Shown: piece after piece, positions 1-9,366 of the stretch
How the letters are laid out: each line of letters starts with the position of its first letter
Numbering within the stretch: position 1 is the stretch's first letter
Origin: an uncultured Bacilli bacterium
GTDB lineage: Bacteria > Bacillota_I > Bacilli_A > RF39 > UBA660
Direction: 5' to 3'
Assembly: GCA_947628345.1 (NCBI GenBank)
Contig: CANQZM010000001.1
Coordinates: forward strand, 2,534 to 66,533
DNA: 64,000 nt
Position numbers and translations under genes: made by a program
The notes under the pieces: generated by a model
Databases searched by the model: none
What the model saw: only the letters and a program-made list of their open reading frames with translations
What the model was told of the DNA's origin: nothing

Positions 1-474
1 TATTTTATTCTGTTTTCTAGTTTTTTGAATATCTATTATTCTTTGATTAGATGAACCTTTAAAACGTAACATTGGATTAGATAATTCTTCTTTAAATTGA
101 CCATCTACTAAAATATCAATATATTTAAACACCTCATAATCTTTAATATCTTCATATAAAAAACCTGTCCAAATCCATATTGATTTATCTTTATATTTTT
201 CTTTAAAAGCCTTAGCTAATTTAGTAGTGCCTTCTATATTTTTTGAGTGAAGTGCTTCTCCACCTAAAATAGATAGCCCAGCAATATAGTCTTTATCACA
301 TAAATCTAATACTTTTTGAATAGTCTCATCTGTAAATTCTTTACCTCCATTAAAATCATGAGTTTCTGGATTAAAGCAATTTTTACAATGAAAACTGCAT
401 CCTTGCATAAAGATTGAAACCCTAACTCCTGGACCATTTGATATATCCATTTTTCTAATTTTATTGTAACGCAT
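1..474 (-). CDS. nrdG: Anaerobic ribonucleotide reductase activating protein NrdG (radical SAM); C-terminus cut by window start
   Basis: Reverse translation from ATG at 472-474 gives MRYNKIRKMDISNGPGVRVSIFMQGCSFHCKNCFNPETHDF... with a CxxxCxxC radical SAM cluster; sits directly downstream of nrdD. Confidence 0.8.
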   Translation of the reverse strand, partial: MRYNKIRKMDISNGPGVRVSIFMQGCSFHCKNCFNPETHDFNGGKEFTDETIQKVLDLCDKDYIAGLSILGGEALHSKNIEGTTKLAKAFKEKYKDKSIWIWTGFLYEDIKDYEVFKYIDILVDGQFKEELSNPMLRFKGSSNQRIIDIQKTRKQNKI

Positions 475-475
475 T

Positions 476-2635
476 TTACTCCTCTGCATCCTTGTTATCT
501 ATATGCATAACACGTTCTTTAATTTCTTGGGTTCTTCCTTTATTCCAAAAATTACTACCAATGTAACCACAAGTACGTCTAGCAACATTTAATTTATCAT
601 GATCTCTGTTACCACAGTTTGGACAATACCATTCTAAATCATCATCAATTAAGATTTCTCCTGTATAACCACATTCTTGACAATAATCTAATTTTGTATT
701 TAATTCAGCATACATTATATTATCATAAATAAATGTAATTACTTCTAAAACAGACTCTAAATTATTACTTAGATTAGGTGTTTCAATATAACTAATTGCA
801 CCACCTGGACTAAGTTTTTGGAATTCACTTTCTAGTTTCAATTTAGAGAAAGCATCAATTTCTTCAAAAACAGGAACATGGTAAGAATTTGTAATATAAT
901 CACGATCAGTAATTCCTTTAATTATTCCAAAGCGGTCTTTTAAGCATTTAGCAAATTTATAAGTAGTAGATTCAATTGGTGTTCCATATACACTGTAATC
1001 AATTTTTTCTACTTCTTTCCATTCATTACATTTATCAACTAAATGTTGCATTACAGCTAAACCAAATTCTTTACCTTTACCATTATCTGTATGAGAATGT
1101 CCTGTCATAAATTTAACACATTCATAAAGTCCAGCATATCCTAATGAAATTGTTGAATATCCATTATGTAATAATTCGTGGATACTTTCTCCTTTTTTAA
1201 GTCTAGCTAAAGCTCCATATTGCCATAAGATAGGAGCAACATCTGAGGTTACTTTACTTAATCTTTTATGTCTTATTTGTAAAGCTCTATGGCATAGTTC
1301 TAGTCTTTCATCTATGATTTTCCAGAATAAATCCATATCTTTATCTGCTGATAAAGCTACATCAACTAAGTTGATAGTAACAACACCTTGATTAAATCTA
1401 CCATAATATTTAGGTTTACCATTTTCATCTACATAAGGAGTTAAGAAAGATCTACAACCCATACATGGATAACATTGTCCATTACCATTTTTATCAATCT
1501 TAAGTTGTTTCATCATTTTTTCAGAAATATAATCAGGTACCATACGTTTAGCTGTACATTCAGCTGCTAACTTTGTTAGATAATAGTATTTACTATCTTT
1601 ATGGATATTATCCTCTTCTAGAATATATAAAAGTTTAGGGAAAGCTGGTGTAATATAAACACCTTTTTCATTTTTCATTCCTTGAATTCTTTGTTTTAAT
1701 ACTTCTTCAATTAGCATTGCTAATTCTTCTTTATATTCTTCTGTTTCACCCAAATACATACAAACACTTAAGAATGGTGCTTGACCATTAGTTGTTGTCA
1801 TAGAATTAATTTGATATTGGAAGGTTTGAACTCCATCTGTAATTTCTTTAGCTAAATCTTCAGCAACAAATTTCTCAACTTGAGCTTTAGTTAATTTTCT
1901 AGCTTTGTACTTTTTCTCATAAGCTTCTTTACTTGAACGAATAAATGGAGCAAGATGCGTTAATGTAATTGTACAACCTCCATATTGACTTGAATTAACT
2001 GCCGTAATTAATTGCGTTGCGATAGTCATAGCTGTTAAGAATCGGTGTGGTTTTTCAATCATTACATCGTTTATATTCGTTCCATTTTGTAACATATCCT
2101 CTAAGTCAATTAAATCACAATTATGTAATGCATTTTGTGCGAAATAATCAGCATCATGGAAATGAATAATTCCTTCATCATGAGCTTTAACAATGTCTTC
2201 TGGTAATAAAAATCTTCTTGTAATATCGGTACTAGTAATACCTGCTAAATAATCTCTTTGAGTTGTAACAACTTTAGCATTCTTATTAGAATTTTCTGTA
2301 TTCCAATATTCACTTTCACCATCAATCAACTCTTTAATAGCTAAATCTGTAGTATTACTCTTTCTAACTAATTCTCTTGTATAACGATAAGTAATATATT
2401 TTTTAGCTAAAGCATACTTACCTATAGACATTAATTTCATTTCAATAATATCTTGTATATCTTCCACTAGAATTCTTTTTTTACCTAGTTTTTCTATATA
2501 TTTAATAATATTTTTTATTTGTGTTCCAGAAGCTTGATCTTCTTCATCTACTTCCATATTAGCTTTGTTTATAGCATTTTCAATTTTTTCTGGACAATAG
2601 TCTACCATATGTCCATCACGTTTAATTACTTTCAT
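476..2635 (-). CDS. nrdD: Anaerobic ribonucleoside-triphosphate reductase NrdD (class III RNR)
   Basis: 740-aa ORF with glycyl-radical C-terminus (RRTCGYIGS) and CxxC zinc motifs (CQECG, CPNCG); probable start MKVIKRDGHMVDY at 2635; ORF track extends to 2698. Confidence 0.9.
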   Translation of the reverse strand: MKVIKRDGHMVDYCPEKIENAINKANMEVDEEDQASGTQIKNIIKYIEKLGKKRILVEDIQDIIEMKLMSIGKYALAKKYITYRYTRELVRKSNTTDLAIKELIDGESEYWNTENSNKNAKVVTTQRDYLAGITSTDITRRFLLPEDIVKAHDEGIIHFHDADYFAQNALHNCDLIDLEDMLQNGTNINDVMIEKPHRFLTAMTIATQLITAVNSSQYGGCTITLTHLAPFIRSSKEAYEKKYKARKLTKAQVEKFVAEDLAKEITDGVQTFQYQINSMTTTNGQAPFLSVCMYLGETEEYKEELAMLIEEVLKQRIQGMKNEKGVYITPAFPKLLYILEEDNIHKDSKYYYLTKLAAECTAKRMVPDYISEKMMKQLKIDKNGNGQCYPCMGCRSFLTPYVDENGKPKYYGRFNQGVVTINLVDVALSADKDMDLFWKIIDERLELCHRALQIRHKRLSKVTSDVAPILWQYGALARLKKGESIHELLHNGYSTISLGYAGLYECVKFMTGHSHTDNGKGKEFGLAVMQHLVDKCNEWKEVEKIDYSVYGTPIESTTYKFAKCLKDRFGIIKGITDRDYITNSYHVPVFEEIDAFSKLKLESEFQKLSPGGAISYIETPNLSNNLESVLEVITFIYDNIMYAELNTKLDYCQECGYTGEILIDDDLEWYCPNCGNRDHDKLNVARRTCGYIGSNFWNKGRTQEIKERVMHIDNKDAEE

Positions 2636-2698
2636 TTTTAAAACCTGCCTCTCTTGTATTCTACAACCAAAGCATAGCACCTTTTTATAAAAATGCAA

Positions 2699-2714
2699 TG
2701 TTGCAATTGCAACA
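2699..2714. promoter_or_regulatory. Perfect 16-bp palindrome TGTTGCAATTGCAACA in divergent nrdD/crp-fnr intergenic region, just upstream of extended -10 TGtTATAAT (2727-2735)
   Basis: Read directly; position overlaps the -35 region of the + strand promoter, typical for a class II Crp/Fnr-type site. Confidence 0.35.
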
Positions 2715-2754
2715 GTTTACAAAAAATGTTATAATTTTTTTAAGAGGTGTAAAC

Positions 2755-3384
2755 ATGAATGAATTATTTCTTAATATTAGCAAGAATAATCAAGAAAAAA
2801 TATTAAAAATAACTGAATCTGACAACTTTACATTTAAAAAAAATACTAATATTTCAACATTAACTAATGATAATAATAATTTAATAATTATTACATCAGG
2901 AAAAATTCAATTAATTAGAAACGATTATAATGGTAATAGAATTATTATGAACGAATTTATAGAGGATGATATTATTGGTTCAATTATCATTCCTTTAGCT
3001 AATCAAGAATATGAATTAATCACTAAGGAAGATACCAATGTAATTGTAATGGATTATAATCGCATAATTAATTATAATGAAAATTGGTCTTATTATTATC
3101 AACAATTTATTAAAAATCTTTTAAATATAATTACCAATAAAATGAAAGAAAAAAATAACAGAATTGAAATATTAACGAAAAAAACTATTCGTGATAAATT
3201 ACTAGAATATTTTAAAATGGCAACTCAAAAAAGTGGTTCAAAAATTATTTATTTACCATATTCATTTTTAGAATTAGCTGAATATTTATCAGTTGATAGA
3301 AGTGCCATGTCTAGAGAACTAAAATATTTAAAAGAAGAAGGTTTTATTAAAGTTGATTACCGTAAAATTACACTTTTATACTAA
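2755..3384 (+). CDS. Crp/Fnr family transcriptional regulator (cNMP-binding domain plus C-terminal HTH)
   Basis: C-terminal HTH SVDRSAMSRELKYLKEEGFIKV; RBS AGAGG before ATG 2755 (ORF track starts 2698). Confidence 0.75.
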   Translation: MNELFLNISKNNQEKILKITESDNFTFKKNTNISTLTNDNNNLIIITSGKIQLIRNDYNGNRIIMNEFIEDDIIGSIIIPLANQEYELITKEDTNVIVMDYNRIINYNENWSYYYQQFIKNLLNIITNKMKEKNNRIEILTKKTIRDKLLEYFKMATQKSGSKIIYLPYSFLELAEYLSVDRSAMSRELKYLKEEGFIKVDYRKITLLY

Positions 3385-3385
3385 G

Positions 3386-5542
3386 TTATTTATTTGTAAT
3401 CAAACTTAAACTAACCTTCTCTTTTTCGATTGAAATATCATCTACATAGCAATCTACAATATCCCCAACGCTGAATAAATCTGATGGATGTTTTAGATAT
3501 TGATTACTCAATTTAGAAATATGGGCAAGTCCATCATTATGTAAACCTATATCAATAAATAAACCAAAATCAACCACATTTCTGACTGTTCCTTGTAACT
3601 TCATACCTATTACTAAATCTTTTATATCTAAAACATCACTTTTTAAAAGTGGTTGAGGCATATAATCTCTTGGATCTAAATTAGGTTTTTTTAAAGAAGC
3701 AATTACATCATTTAAAGTATATTCATCAGTATTTAATTTTTGAGCATACTCTTTAACAGAAAGTGAATTTAATTTATCAATTAATTCTGGTTTACCAATA
3801 TTTTCTTTGCTATAACCCAATTCATTCAATAAATTAATGGCAATACCATAGCTTTCGGGATGAATAGCCGTAGCGTCTAAAATATTATCGCCATCAATAA
3901 TACGTAAAAAACCAATAGCTTGTTGATAAGTCTTATCAGTCAAAATTTTCTTCTTTTTGATTTCTTCACGCGACGTTATTTTACCATTACTTTCACGATA
4001 ATTAATTATTTTTTCAATAGTTTTTTTGGTTAAACCTGATACATATTTTAGTAGTGAAAAAGATGCAGTATTGATATTTACTCCTACACTATTAACACAT
4101 TTTTCAACTACAAAATCTAAAGAATCAGTTAATTTTTTTTGACTAACATCATGTTGATAAAGTCCCACACCAATTCCTTCTGGCGGAATTTTTACTAATT
4201 CTGCTAAAGGATCCTGAAGTCTTCTACCAATACTTACTGCGCTACGTTTTTCAACAGCTAAATCCGGAAATTCTTCAAGTGCAATAGGTGATACTGAATA
4301 GATTGATGCGCCTGCTTCAGAAACAATTACATACTTACAATTTAAGTTGTATTCTTTAATCATCTCTGCACAAAACTTTTCTGATTCACGAGAGGCTGTT
4401 CCATTACCAATGGCAATAATATCAACATGATACTTCTTTATTAGGTTAACAACTATTTCTTTAGATAATTTAATCTGCTTTGATTCTTGACCTTTAATAA
4501 AAGGCTTTATAACTGTAGAATCTAAATATTTACCATTTTTATCAACAACGGCTAATTTACAACCATTAACATATCCTGGATCAAAAGCTAAAACAATTTG
4601 TTCTTTCATAGGTGGAGTTAGCAATAAAGCCTCTAAATTTTTACCAAAGTTATCTATAGCACTATTTTCTCCTTTTTCAGTTAATTCACTACGTACTTCT
4701 CTTTCAATAGAAGGAGCAATCAATCTTTTATAAGCATCTTCTATAGCCTCTTTAATATAGTCAACTACAAAGCTACTATTATTTTTAATTAGCTTTTTCT
4801 CCAAAAAATCTAAAATACCTGTTTTATCAACATCAATAGAGACTGTTAAGACTTTTTCACTTTCACCACGATTAAGAGCTAATATTCGATGAGGTTTAAT
4901 TGATTTAATTGATTCATTATAATCATAGTACATTTCATAAATTTTACCATCATCTTTAGCATTCTTTTTTAAAGAAGATACAATAATTCCATTTTTATAG
5001 AAATAAGATCTAATATATTTACGGTAACTAGCATTATCACTAATCCATTCAGCAATAATGTATTTAGCTCCTTCAACACATTTATCTGATGGTAAATCTT
5101 CTTTTACAAATTTAGCAGTTAAATCTAAAATACTGCCCTTAGTAGGAAAAGCCATCATCATTTTGGCTAAAGGTTCTAAGCCATTCTTAATAGCTTCTGT
5201 TGCTTTAGTCTTTTTCTTTTCCTTATATGGTCTATATAAATCTTCTACTTCTATTAATTTCGAACATTTTAAAATATTTTCTTTTAAATCCTCTGTAAGC
5301 AAGCCCTTTTCATCAATTAATCTAATAACATCTTCTTTTCTTTTTAATAAATTAACTTGATATTCATATACTTCATTAATTTTTTTGATAGTTTCTTCAT
5401 CTAAAGCACCAGTTGCTTCTTTTCTATATCTAGCAATAAAAGGTATGGTATTTCCATCACTCAATAAATCTAGTACTGTTTTAACTTGTGCTTCCCTTAT
5501 ATTTAAATCTTGACTAATTTCTTTAATTATTTTCTCATTCAT
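3386..5542 (-). CDS. tex: Transcription accessory protein Tex (YqgF/HhH/S1 domains)
   Basis: 718 aa; C-terminal S1 domain (GMKLQGTVRNVVDFGLFIDIG), YqgF-like and HhH regions. Confidence 0.9.
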   Translation of the reverse strand: MNEKIIKEISQDLNIREAQVKTVLDLLSDGNTIPFIARYRKEATGALDEETIKKINEVYEYQVNLLKRKEDVIRLIDEKGLLTEDLKENILKCSKLIEVEDLYRPYKEKKKTKATEAIKNGLEPLAKMMMAFPTKGSILDLTAKFVKEDLPSDKCVEGAKYIIAEWISDNASYRKYIRSYFYKNGIIVSSLKKNAKDDGKIYEMYYDYNESIKSIKPHRILALNRGESEKVLTVSIDVDKTGILDFLEKKLIKNNSSFVVDYIKEAIEDAYKRLIAPSIEREVRSELTEKGENSAIDNFGKNLEALLLTPPMKEQIVLAFDPGYVNGCKLAVVDKNGKYLDSTVIKPFIKGQESKQIKLSKEIVVNLIKKYHVDIIAIGNGTASRESEKFCAEMIKEYNLNCKYVIVSEAGASIYSVSPIALEEFPDLAVEKRSAVSIGRRLQDPLAELVKIPPEGIGVGLYQHDVSQKKLTDSLDFVVEKCVNSVGVNINTASFSLLKYVSGLTKKTIEKIINYRESNGKITSREEIKKKKILTDKTYQQAIGFLRIIDGDNILDATAIHPESYGIAINLLNELGYSKENIGKPELIDKLNSLSVKEYAQKLNTDEYTLNDVIASLKKPNLDPRDYMPQPLLKSDVLDIKDLVIGMKLQGTVRNVVDFGLFIDIGLHNDGLAHISKLSNQYLKHPSDLFSVGDIVDCYVDDISIEKEKVSLSLITNK

Positions 5543-5744
5543 TTTTACACCTCGTGTTTATCATTTATTTTTTATATAATTTTGTTAGTATATTATATAA
5601 AGTATAAGGAGTTTGTCTTGATAGCTCGTATTTTATCTCCTATTTATACATTTTACTCTATTTCTATTAAAAATGAAAGTTCTTTTCTTAATAACACTTA
5701 TATAATAAATAAAGAATGAATCCACCAACCAAATTCATTCTTTA

Positions 5745-6050
5745 TTATTCATAATCATGATGTTGCATCTTCTGAATTCTTTGTTTAATCATAGTGATTA
5801 ATTTTGTAGGACCATTTATTTTATTTAAAACTAATAAACTATCCTGTAATTTTGTCTTTAATGATAATTCTTTATCAATTTTACTAGCTTCTAGGCGATA
5901 ATTAAAATTAGGAATAGGATTAGTTTCTATAAAATTACGAATATATAATTCAATATCTTTTAAAACATAAACTTTTAAATCATATTGGTCCATTTCTCTT
6001 ACACCATAATAGGCTCCTACTAAATATTTAAATTCATCTTGTAATTCCAT
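5745..6050 (-). CDS. Hypothetical protein (101 aa)
   Basis: ORF only. Confidence 0.4.
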   Translation of the reverse strand: MELQDEFKYLVGAYYGVREMDQYDLKVYVLKDIELYIRNFIETNPIPNFNYRLEASKIDKELSLKTKLQDSLLVLNKINGPTKLITMIKQRIQKMQHHDYE

Positions 6051-6074
6051 AATTTCATCTCCTATGACATAGTC

Positions 6075-6721
6075 CTATTTTGCACTTCTTAAGACTTCTA
6101 CTGTAATATTTTTTTCAATACCACTCTTATTTTCTATCGTATTAGTAAGCATATCAATTAAAAAGGTTTTTCCAAGACCAATTTGAGAGCCTCGATCTAA
6201 TGCTATAGCTAAAACATTATTTCCTAAGGAAGAATTCTTAATTCGTAGAATAGACCAAATTGGAATTTCTTTCCCTACTGCGACAATTCTAACATTTCCA
6301 TATTGTTCATCATTATAATATAATTTTCCATCATTAATGTTGATTCCCGCAGCAGTTGTTCCATAACAACCTCGACAGTTAGCATTGTAAAAGCTCATTG
6401 TTCCTGTATAAGTATCTAAAACTGAAGTATCTTCTTCTGACTGTTTTTTTTTTCCTTATTAGCTTCTAAATTTATATTATCGGTCTTTTCAGTAACTATT
6501 TCTTGATTGTTGTCTTCTTCTTCATCATTTACTAAAACATCACTTCTACTATCATCTATAGTTGCAACAGCAACTTCTTCTTGTTTAGAAATCAAATTAG
6601 AAGCTAATACCTTAGTATCAATACTAGCATCAATTGTCTTTGTACTAACATTAACAGTTAATAATACAACGGGTATTAAGGATGCTAATAATATATTTAT
6701 TAATTTTATTATTTTTTTCAT
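6075..6721 (-). pseudogene. Secreted 3D-domain (MltA-like) cell-wall protein, reading frame broken at an A10 homopolymer (6444-6453)
   Basis: ORF 6416..6721 encodes a signal peptide (MKKIIKLINILLASLIPVVLL). ORF 6075..6398 encodes a 3D domain (AIALDRGSQIGLGKTFLIDM). Inserting one A in the A10 run fuses them in frame (…EKKKQSEEDTSVLDTYTGTMSFYNANCRGC…). Confidence 0.6.
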
Positions 6722-6817
6722 AAAAAAACTCCTTGTATAAATATGTTAACACATATACACAGAGTTTACAATATATTGACAGAAATTGCCATTTATATAC
6801 ATGTATATTTTAGTAAA

Positions 6818-7873
6818 TTATTTTTTAATACAAGTATAGCCACCAGATGTCATTTCTGATTCAATTATACCAATATCTTGGTATAAATAAAATTCCTGAA
6901 AATAAGTTCCACCAGCTTCAGTATATGCAGTAGTTGCTTTTTTAACATCAATTTTAGCATAATCCAAAATTTGTTTACTAGTATTAATTCCATCTTTTAA
7001 ACTACAACTGATAGTAACTCCACCTAAATTTTTAGCCCCTTGTTGTAAAGTTAAACATTCTTCATTTAAAGTTTTTAACTCGTCTTTATCCTTCAACTTA
7101 TCACCTGTATGAATTAATGTATAGGTCATTTTAGTTAGTTTACTATCACTAAAATCAAATAAAACATTAGTATTTATATCTAAAGTATCAGTAGTTTTCT
7201 TATTACTACACTCTAAAACACCTGTTGTAATTTGTTGTTGAGTTCGTTTTGTTTGAAAATCACTAACAAAATCAGATATCTGTGGTAAAAAGTAAATCAT
7301 AACCATTAAACCAATAAGTAAGATTGCTGCAAAGACACGTTTAAAAGTAGTAGGTCCATCATTTTTACCACCTTTATTATTTTCAGCATCTACTGATTTC
7401 GCAGGTGGAATGTTTTGCTCTTTATTATTTGGTTGAGATTGTTTATCTTTTAATTGTTGCTCTGCTAACTTTTTCTTAGCTTCTTCTTGTTGTTTTAATA
7501 ACATTTGTTGTTGGGCTTGTTGTTGAGCTAATAATTGTTGCTGCCTTAATTTTTCTTCAGCCTGTTTTTTTTGTGCCAAAATAGCCTCTTGTTGACGTTG
7601 CATACGTAACTGTTCATCTTTCAAAGCTTGTTGCTGTTGTTGTTGCAATTCAAGTTGCTTTTTTCTTTGTAAGTCTTCTTGTTGTTTTTTCAACTCCTCC
7701 ATCATTTGAATTTGTTGTTCCTTGGTTAAATTTTTTATACGCTCCATTTGTTCAGCTAAAGCTTCTTCGTCGCCTTTTACGACTTCTTCAACATCTTCAG
7801 AAGAAATCATGCTTTTATCCTTAGGTTCTTCTACTACAGGTTGTACTTGTTCTTTTTCATTCTTTTTAACCAT
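6818..7873 (-). CDS. Hypothetical membrane-anchored protein with Gln/Lys-rich coiled-coil N-terminal region, one TM helix and a Cys-containing C-terminal domain
   Basis: 351 aa; QQQQQQ/LKQQEE low-complexity segment; TM segment FAAILLIGLMVMIYFL. Confidence 0.5.
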   Translation of the reverse strand: MVKKNEKEQVQPVVEEPKDKSMISSEDVEEVVKGDEEALAEQMERIKNLTKEQQIQMMEELKKQQEDLQRKKQLELQQQQQQALKDEQLRMQRQQEAILAQKKQAEEKLRQQQLLAQQQAQQQMLLKQQEEAKKKLAEQQLKDKQSQPNNKEQNIPPAKSVDAENNKGGKNDGPTTFKRVFAAILLIGLMVMIYFLPQISDFVSDFQTKRTQQQITTGVLECSNKKTTDTLDINTNVLFDFSDSKLTKMTYTLIHTGDKLKDKDELKTLNEECLTLQQGAKNLGGVTISCSLKDGINTSKQILDYAKIDVKKATTAYTEAGGTYFQEFYLYQDIGIIESEMTSGGYTCIKK

Positions 7874-7888
7874 ATTGCCATCTCCCTT

Positions 7889-8521
7889 TTACTCTCTTAA
7901 ACTATCTATTTGTCTTTGAAAATCATCACTACTAGTTATATAGCTACCTGATACCAAGATATCACACTCTTGGCAATACTCTTTTGTACTATTATTTACG
8001 CCTCCATCAACACTAATTAATGCCTTACTTTTGTATTCATTTAACAATGTTCTTAACTCTTTAATTTTTGTCTCTGTTTCTACTATGAAGGCTTGTCCAC
8101 CCATTCCTGGTTCTACAGACATCACTAAAATAATATCTAATAACGGTAAATATGGAACTAATTCTTTTACTTCTGTATCAGGTTTTATGGCAAGGCCACA
8201 TTTGATCCCACAGTTTTTAATTAATTTTAAATTAGCTTCAATATCATCATCTATTTCTAAATGAATAGTAATATACTCAGTATTTAATAAAGCATAATTT
8301 AAAATGTATTTTTTAGGTGATTTAACCATCAAATGAACATCTAATCTTTTAGAAGTATATTTATAAATATGACGCATTTCTCTAAATGGCATTGTTTTAT
8401 TTTTTACAAACTTACCATCCATTACATCTAAATGAATATAATCAGTATTAGTATTATCTAATTTTTTTAAATCATTAATAATATCTTTACTACTCAAAAA
8501 AGAAGTTGAAATTAACACCAT
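7889..8521 (-). CDS. rpe: Ribulose-phosphate 3-epimerase
   Basis: HLDVMDG, HLMV, VMSVEPGMGGQAF motifs. Confidence 0.9.
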   Translation of the reverse strand: MVLISTSFLSSKDIINDLKKLDNTNTDYIHLDVMDGKFVKNKTMPFREMRHIYKYTSKRLDVHLMVKSPKKYILNYALLNTEYITIHLEIDDDIEANLKLIKNCGIKCGLAIKPDTEVKELVPYLPLLDIILVMSVEPGMGGQAFIVETETKIKELRTLLNEYKSKALISVDGGVNNSTKEYCQECDILVSGSYITSSDDFQRQIDSLRE

Positions 8522-8522
8522 A

Positions 8523-9350
8523 TCACTTTCTTTCTATAAACTTTAAATAATTATTATATCTACTTCTAATAATATTATTAGCATTAACTGCTTCTTTTAC
8601 CATACAGTTTTGTTCATTATTATGCATGCAATCTTTATATGCACATTTATATTTTTTAAATTCAACAAAAGCATCCCTAATTTCAGATGAGTTGTAATCA
8701 TTAAATTCTAAGGCGGAAAAACCAGGTGTATCTAATATCTTCTTATTATCTAACTCAAATAATTCCACTACCTTAGTAGTATGTTTACCTCGTCCTAAAG
8801 CTTTAGATATCTCTCCTGTTTTTAACTGCCAATTAGGATTTAATTTGTTAAGCAACGTAGATTTGCCAGCTCCAGTTTGGCCAGTAAAAACACTAGTTTT
8901 ATTTTCTAAAAGTTGATTTATTTTAACTAAATCTGTATTATAAACAACAATGTAGCCTATTTGTTCATAATAAGCTAAAATTGTTTTAATGTTATTTAAT
9001 TCTTTTTCTGATATTAAATCACTTTTAGTAATACAAATAATTGGTTTAACATGATGTAATTCCATTAAAATAATTAATTTGTCTAATAAATTAAGTGATA
9101 AATTAGGTGTAATTAAACTAGTTACCAAAAAAGCTTGATCAATATTAGCAACCCTTGGACGTTCAAAAGAATTTTTTCTAGGTAAAATTTCCTGGATTAC
9201 TTTTTTTTCTTCATCAAAGATAACATAATCCCCTACTCGTGGAGTAATTTGGTCTTTCCTAAATTTACCACGACATTTACAAGCAATAGTTTCTAGACCA
9301 CAACTAACTACATGCAAATCGCTTATTATTTTAATAATTTGACCCTTCAT
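8523..9350 (-). CDS. rsgA: Ribosome small subunit-dependent GTPase A
   Basis: GQTGAGKSTLLNKL P-loop, circularly permuted GTPase motifs, C-terminal zinc Cys cluster. Confidence 0.9.
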   Translation of the reverse strand: MKGQIIKIISDLHVVSCGLETIACKCRGKFRKDQITPRVGDYVIFDEEKKVIQEILPRKNSFERPRVANIDQAFLVTSLITPNLSLNLLDKLIILMELHHVKPIICITKSDLISEKELNNIKTILAYYEQIGYIVVYNTDLVKINQLLENKTSVFTGQTGAGKSTLLNKLNPNWQLKTGEISKALGRGKHTTKVVELFELDNKKILDTPGFSALEFNDYNSSEIRDAFVEFKKYKCAYKDCMHNNEQNCMVKEAVNANNIIRSRYNNYLKFIERK

Positions 9351-9366
9351 TTAACCTCCCTGATTA

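Noticed and set aside
5058-5719. Plus-strand ORFs of 60-100 aa overlapping tex and other genes (also 6507..6740, 7722..7919, 8031..8264, 10070..10294, 21315..21581 and similar)
   Set aside because: They are antisense or overlapping frames inside well-supported genes, low-complexity, and lack RBSs. Artefacts of AT-rich sequence.
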